NCBI GenBank assembly: GCA_038740245.1
Contig: JAVYLZ010000007.1
Location: forward strand, 1-29,996
DNA length: 29,996 nucleotides
Direction: 5' to 3'
From: Candidatus Micrarchaeia archaeon
Lineage (GTDB): Archaea; Micrarchaeota; Micrarchaeia; CAILAH01
The notes beneath the pieces were generated by a model that did not search any database, had not been told where the DNA came from, and was given only the letters and a program-made list of their open reading frames with translations. Positions 24,891 through 29,996 of this stretch are shown in pieces; within the stretch, counting starts at the first letter, position 1; every line of letters starts with the position of its first letter. The position numbers were made by a program, and so were the translations under genes.

Positions 24891-25952
24891 ATGGAGTTTA
24901 TGGGGCTGTCATTCACATCGGAGCTCTTTGGCAACACGCTGATGCAGTACGGGATGCTGCTGAGCACAATACTGGTGTTTGTGCTGCTTTCAAAGGGCGT
25001 GTACTATTTAATAAAGACCTACGTGCGCCGCATTACCGAAAAGACCGAGACGGACTTAGACGACATGATTGTTGACATAATCGAGCACCCCATGACCATG
25101 CTCGTTATGATTGCGGGCCTTTATGTGGGCACGATACTATACCTTACACCTGGCACACCCGCCTACGATTTTGTGAATAACGTCTTCAGGGTGCTTGTCA
25201 TAATTGATGTTGCGTGGTTTATACTGAGGATAATTGATACAATTGTTGTCCATTACCTGAAGCCCTATGTAGAAAAATCGGAATCAAAGCTTGACGACCA
25301 GCTTCTGCCGATACTGCGCAGGGGCATAAAAGTTGTCATAATCATCCTCACGCTGGTATTCCTGCTGAGCAACTTCGGGTATGACGTTACCGCACTGCTT
25401 GCAGGGCTTGGCGTGGGCGGCCTTGCAGTTGCGCTTGCAGCTCAGGATACCATAAGCAATTTCATCGGCTCGCTCGTTATATTCACGGGAAAACCATTCA
25501 AGATAGGCGACTTTGTAAAGTTCGGCTCGTTTGCGGGCACCGTGCAGGAGGTAGGGATGCGCACCACGCGCTTTGAGACGCCGTCCGGCACTGTGCTTGT
25601 AGTGCCTAACAACAAGATATCCAGCGAGATTGTTGAGAATGTGACCGCAGCCAAGATGAGGCGTGTTGACCTCACAATCGGCGTTACTTATGACACAAGC
25701 TACCAGAAGCTTAAGCGCGCAATCAGCATAATTGAGGGCGTGCTCAAGGCACACCCCAACGTTGAGAAGTATGACGTGCGGTTCAGCGAGTTTGGCGCAT
25801 ACTCGCTCAACATAAGCACGTGGTACTGGCTCAAGGACCCGTCAAAGTTCAGGGAGACGCCGCATGAGATAAACCTTGAAATAAAGAAGCGTTTTGACAA
25901 GGAACGAATAGAGATGGCCTTCCCGACGCAGACAGTATACCTCAAGAAATAG
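24891..25952 (+). CDS. mscS: Small-conductance mechanosensitive channel (MscS family, extra N-terminal TMs)
   Basis: LLAGLGVGGLAVALAAQDTISNF, KPFKIGD.V, G.V.EVGMRTTR, VPN and I..AFPTQTVY motifs. Confidence 0.95.
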   Translation: MEFMGLSFTSELFGNTLMQYGMLLSTILVFVLLSKGVYYLIKTYVRRITEKTETDLDDMIVDIIEHPMTMLVMIAGLYVGTILYLTPGTPAYDFVNNVFRVLVIIDVAWFILRIIDTIVVHYLKPYVEKSESKLDDQLLPILRRGIKVVIIILTLVFLLSNFGYDVTALLAGLGVGGLAVALAAQDTISNFIGSLVIFTGKPFKIGDFVKFGSFAGTVQEVGMRTTRFETPSGTVLVVPNNKISSEIVENVTAAKMRRVDLTIGVTYDTSYQKLKRAISIIEGVLKAHPNVEKYDVRFSEFGAYSLNISTWYWLKDPSKFRETPHEINLEIKKRFDKERIEMAFPTQTVYLKK

Positions 25953-25999
25953 AATGCGGCGCAATAGTTTTTGCGGGGGACCCAAACCTTCCGGCGGGC

Positions 26000-26632
26000 T
26001 TATTTTTTGCGCAAACCGCCTTTCGTTTCACTTTTGCTTTCCTGCAGCGCAAGCCGTATTTTTGCGAGAAGCTCGTCCGGGCGAGCCGTGCCTATTACGC
26101 GCACCCGCCCGTTTATTATGGTGGTTGGCGTAAACCTTATGCCCAGCTGCATTGTTTTCTCTGGGAAGGTTACGCCATCAATTACAGTCACGTTAATTTT
26201 TGGGTTGATGCGCGCAAGCTCATACGCCCAGCGCGCCTGCTCTGCCGACTCAAGGTTTGACACTGCAATTACCACGGCAAGCCCGACCTTCCGTTTAAGG
26301 CCGGCAATTTCCTTCCGTATATCCTCAGGCGTAAAAAGCGCTCCAGAAGATGCATCTGCAAGCATGTGCACAAACGTGCCGGTCATTGTGCCTGTCGGCA
26401 GGCCGAGATATGTGAAGTTTGGGAGGATGCGCACGCCCGGCGCATCTTCCGAGCGCACACGCCGGAACTTAATCTTGCCGTGCGAGCGCTCGCCTATTTT
26501 ATCGCATATCTCCTCAACCACTGCACACCGCGGGTCCGTGCCCACAAGAATGTCCGCCTGCACCGGCTTTTTAAGCGTGCGCTTGAAATGGCTTTCAACA
26601 AATGCAAGTGTGATATCGTCAATTACCGGCAT
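26000..26632 (-). CDS. Protein-disulfide-oxidoreductase (PDO) / AhpF-NTD-like double thioredoxin-fold protein lacking CxxC motifs
   Basis: Colinear by eye with archaeal PDO: F...L..PV, Y.GLP.G....F, D.S, I..L...V, A..LA..N..I, FPE and P...ING. The active-site positions read DPRC and NLES. Confidence 0.78.
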   Translation of the reverse strand: MPVIDDITLAFVESHFKRTLKKPVQADILVGTDPRCAVVEEICDKIGERSHGKIKFRRVRSEDAPGVRILPNFTYLGLPTGTMTGTFVHMLADASSGALFTPEDIRKEIAGLKRKVGLAVVIAVSNLESAEQARWAYELARINPKINVTVIDGVTFPEKTMQLGIRFTPTTIINGRVRVIGTARPDELLAKIRLALQESKSETKGGLRKK

Positions 26633-26686
26633 ACAATCCCTATTCAGCGGTCATAGTTTTAAATGTTGTGCAACAACACATAGGGC

Positions 26687-27859
26687 ATGGAGCTTTACTC
26701 ACACAACTTGGATGGCATTGAGTATTCAATACGCGCAATTGAATCGCTTGCGGCACAGCATGCGCAGGGCAGGAAGATGTATTACCTGAACATCGGCGAC
26801 CCCGTCAAGCTCGGTGTTAAAACCCCAAAAAGCGTGTGCGATGCCGCGTGCACAGCAATCTCCCAGGGCAGGAACGGGTATTCACACTCGTTCGGCTGCC
26901 CTGAAGGCAGGCAGGCCGTCTCTGAGTTTTATGCTGTGAGGGGCATCACTGCACCCGCCAACGACATATACCTGACTTCTGGTGTAAGCGAGGCAATGTC
27001 GCTTCTTTACACTGCACTGTTCAACAGCGGCGACTCAATCTCACTGCCGCGGCCGTACTACCCGCTTTACGAGAACCTTGCGCAGCTCAACCGCGTGCGC
27101 ATAAACTACTATGAGATGGACGACAACGGCATACCTGACATTGCAAGCCTGCGTGAGAGCATTAAAGGGGATACCAAGGCATGCGTGCTCATAAACCCGA
27201 ACAACCCGATGGGCTCGTGCCTTTCACGCAGGCAGGTTGATGAGATACGCGATACCGTGCTTTCACGGGGCGCAATCCTCATTTCCGATGAGATTTATTC
27301 TGAAATCATATACGGTGGGCAGAAGATGGCGTATGCGATGGCTGGCGCCGAGGATGAGAACATAATAACACTGGGCGGCATATCAAAGTCGCACCTGGTG
27401 CCCGGCTGGCGGTGCGGCTGGGCGGTGTTTGGCCGAAGCAGGCAAATTCTCAAGCTGCGCGGCAATTTTGAGAAGCTTTTGCAGATGCGCCTGTGCTCGC
27501 CTGCCCCGTTCCAGTATGCGCTCCCGGCAATCCTGAAAGACACATCCTTCTTCAATGATTACCTTGCACTGCTTAAGAGAAACGCCGGCATTGTCCAAAA
27601 GCACGTTTCTGAAAGCGGCGGCCTGCTTAGCGTTGGGCGCATAGACGCGGCGTTTTATGCGTTCATAAAAATGAACTGGAAAAACCCGGACAGTGCGGCA
27701 CTTGCAAGGCATCTCATAATAGACAAGGGTGTTGTAGTCGTGCCGGGCACTGGGTTCGGCAAGGAGGGATACTTCAGGGTGGTGTTTGCGTGCGACAGCA
27801 CACTGCTTGAGGAGGCTATGTCAAAGATAGTTGAAGGGGCCAGTTCCCTTAATAAGTAA
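26687..27859 (+). CDS. Class I/II PLP aminotransferase, most like alanine aminotransferase (AlaA-type)
   Basis: IEYSIR, LNIGDP, TSGVSEA, INPNNPMG, SDEIY and SKSHLVPGWRCGW (PLP lysine) motifs, plus FRVVF. Confidence 0.9.
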   Translation: MELYSHNLDGIEYSIRAIESLAAQHAQGRKMYYLNIGDPVKLGVKTPKSVCDAACTAISQGRNGYSHSFGCPEGRQAVSEFYAVRGITAPANDIYLTSGVSEAMSLLYTALFNSGDSISLPRPYYPLYENLAQLNRVRINYYEMDDNGIPDIASLRESIKGDTKACVLINPNNPMGSCLSRRQVDEIRDTVLSRGAILISDEIYSEIIYGGQKMAYAMAGAEDENIITLGGISKSHLVPGWRCGWAVFGRSRQILKLRGNFEKLLQMRLCSPAPFQYALPAILKDTSFFNDYLALLKRNAGIVQKHVSESGGLLSVGRIDAAFYAFIKMNWKNPDSAALARHLIIDKGVVVVPGTGFGKEGYFRVVFACDSTLLEEAMSKIVEGASSLNK

Positions 27860-27951
27860 TCCGGGTGTGGGATGCCCCACGCATGCAATCAGGACCCCTA
27901 CCCCGAGAGATAAGCTGGCCCTATATTTTTGGGTTTTGTGCGCTCACAGTA

Positions 27952-29952
27952 TCATTGCCCATTCTTTTCAGCAGGCCGCTCGCGCTGCACACCGGTAATC
28001 TCATCAAACAGGTCCTCAATCTCGCAATTATCCCTGTATTCCTGATACCTCTTTATTACCCTGCACGGTGTCGCATAATAATGCAAATATCCCTGGTCAT
28101 CCTCAATTCCATTGCAGAGGTCGCACAAGGACGATGTGGATATTGTTTGGCCGAACACCGGCTGTTTGTTGAGTACTTTATTGTAAACAGTTTTGTCGCT
28201 CTTTTTGAGCGCAAACATAAATGCAGTAACCTGCAAATCGCTGCCCCCAGGCTTAATATTCTCAATGCTTATGATATTCTTGTCCGCAAGCTCTTTCTCT
28301 GTGTCATACCATTCCTTGCAGTCGGTTATTCTTATGTTTTCATTGTAAAGCGCGCGCAGCAGATGCCTGCTGAGGCCGCAGCGCTCAGCATTGAGCTCAA
28401 CGGACGGATAACCGGTGCTGCAATCGCTCTGCTCAGTTGACACCTCATAATCATCCCACTCCTCCCAGCACGATGCAATTCCCGTCAAATCGCCAAAGTC
28501 AACCTCGGGGATGCACAGCTTATATTTCTTATCAGTATCCTTATTCAGGTCAATCTTATTGGTTTTCGGCTCAAGCGCGTCAAGATCGCTCGTGTTTATC
28601 GCACGCATCTTGTGGTTTGACACAAATTCACACTCGGTTGTCAAATTAACTCCGTCTGACTGGAACACCACAGGCTCTTTCCTGTACGGCTGCGGTGCGG
28701 TGTAATAGTTGCACAGTTTCATCCATTCCCTGTTTGTCAGGGTGTTTGTGTTCTGCGCGAGCGGCAGTGCCGAGCCGGAAACCGTTATAGGGTTACCATC
28801 ATAAGCAAAATACTGCGAGTATGCCATCCCGAACACGCCCGTCTGGCGCAGCATCTCAATTGACGTGTATGCAATCTGTGCAATCTCCTCCTTATTCTGC
28901 TGGCACTCCTTGCTTATTGAGAAAAGGAGGAATGTCGGCTTGCCGTACCTGTTCAGCACCATCCTGCTCCTGTTGGCTGTAAGCGCAAGCGCATAATGGG
29001 CATCGCAGTTATAGTCATCGGAATTGATTTCAAGCGTGGTTATAACCGCGCTCACTTTAGGCATAACGCCTGTTTTGTTGAGCGCGTCAAGCACACTGAA
29101 TATCCTGTCCTCTTTTGGCTGCTGTGCCAAAATGTCCGGCGGGTTGCCCTGCGCGGGGAACACCGCAACGTTGCACCCTCTCCTTTGCAATATAACTTCC
29201 TTCTTGCATCTTAATTCTTCCAATTCAAATTCTGCCTCAACACACTCGCGAATCGGCTCGGCTTCGCACGCCGCATATATGGTGCTCACCTGCCGTGAAA
29301 CATCCTGCACCATCTTTTCAGTGAACTGCGCCTCCGGCACAATTATTACATTCTCAACCTGCGTCTCAATATTGGCATTCTCAACATCAATCTGGTCCAT
29401 AAAGTCTGCAAGCCATTCATCCTCCACATACGTACCCTCAGTGTATATTATGTATATCGGCAGCACGCCCTTCTCAAGCATGCACTCAATCGTCTCACCT
29501 TCCTCACTGTCAATGGCCCCACCAAGCATCTCCCTATCATACAATGGCGGCCTGTGCTTGCTGTAAAGCACACGGACCGCATACTCCTCACCAAGCCCGC
29601 ACCTGAGGTTTGACTCCTCAAACTCCGTGAATGTTGAGCCCACACCCACACCGAAGTCTTTCACGTAATTGTCGTCATCCTTCTGGAGGAAGTAGTAGAT
29701 GAACTCGCGCGTGCACTTGTCCCTGAAATAGCACGCGCCTTTGGACATGTCATTTCTCACAAAGACGTCAAACAGCTTGCTGCCCGTGCTGTTTGTGCAC
29801 AGCATGCACATGCAGCTGGGCACTGGAACCGGCGTGGCGTTAAGCGAGATAACCTCTTTTTTATACTCGGATGGCGAGGCTATGCATCCGGAAAACATCA
29901 CTGCAGCCATAATTGCAATAATCGCTACGGCATACGCACTTTTAAGACCCAT
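27952..29952 (-). CDS. Large Cys-rich secreted lipoprotein of unknown function
   Basis: 666-aa ORF with FSGC lipobox, CMCMLC, about 24 mature-chain Cys, acidic composition and a GGGGGATG RBS upstream. Confidence 0.82.
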   Translation of the reverse strand: MGLKSAYAVAIIAIMAAVMFSGCIASPSEYKKEVISLNATPVPVPSCMCMLCTNSTGSKLFDVFVRNDMSKGACYFRDKCTREFIYYFLQKDDDNYVKDFGVGVGSTFTEFEESNLRCGLGEEYAVRVLYSKHRPPLYDREMLGGAIDSEEGETIECMLEKGVLPIYIIYTEGTYVEDEWLADFMDQIDVENANIETQVENVIIVPEAQFTEKMVQDVSRQVSTIYAACEAEPIRECVEAEFELEELRCKKEVILQRRGCNVAVFPAQGNPPDILAQQPKEDRIFSVLDALNKTGVMPKVSAVITTLEINSDDYNCDAHYALALTANRSRMVLNRYGKPTFLLFSISKECQQNKEEIAQIAYTSIEMLRQTGVFGMAYSQYFAYDGNPITVSGSALPLAQNTNTLTNREWMKLCNYYTAPQPYRKEPVVFQSDGVNLTTECEFVSNHKMRAINTSDLDALEPKTNKIDLNKDTDKKYKLCIPEVDFGDLTGIASCWEEWDDYEVSTEQSDCSTGYPSVELNAERCGLSRHLLRALYNENIRITDCKEWYDTEKELADKNIISIENIKPGGSDLQVTAFMFALKKSDKTVYNKVLNKQPVFGQTISTSSLCDLCNGIEDDQGYLHYYATPCRVIKRYQEYRDNCEIEDLFDEITGVQRERPAEKNGQ

Positions 29953-29996
29953 TCTTACATCCCCCTGAAGTACATCCCTCTCATATAATCGTTTTG

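Noticed and set aside
24557..25075. 172-aa + strand ORF across the tRNA-Ser locus, considered as an intron-encoded protein
   Set aside because: It is antisense to the tRNA, overlaps mscS out of frame, and has no homing-endonuclease or other motif.

Overview
Gene-dense archaeal chromosomal segment, most likely from a DPANN lineage such as Micrarchaeota (inferred from gene content, not proven). Archaeal markers are GatE, Dph2, Spt5, SecE/Sec61-gamma, ApgM, AMP phosphorylase with ribose-1,5-bisphosphate isomerase, an S-layer protein, BRE/TATA promoters and two tRNAs with BHB introns. About 24 protein genes are supported. They cover core functions (ftsZ-secE-spt5-rpl11, argS, ogg, gatE, dph2), central metabolism (apgM, ppsA, pyk, AMP pathway, an alanine-type aminotransferase) and many cell-surface genes (S-layer, T2SS-F/TadC-like, a beta-propeller, three Cys-rich lipoproteins). 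No mobile element, CRISPR array or rRNA was seen. The strongest oddities are a 131-nt multibranched tRNA-Ser(UGA) intron, structured RNA candidates on both sides of the S-layer gene, surface-protein genes replacing rpl1-rpl10-rpl12 after rpl11, and a PDO homologue that has lost both CxxC motifs.
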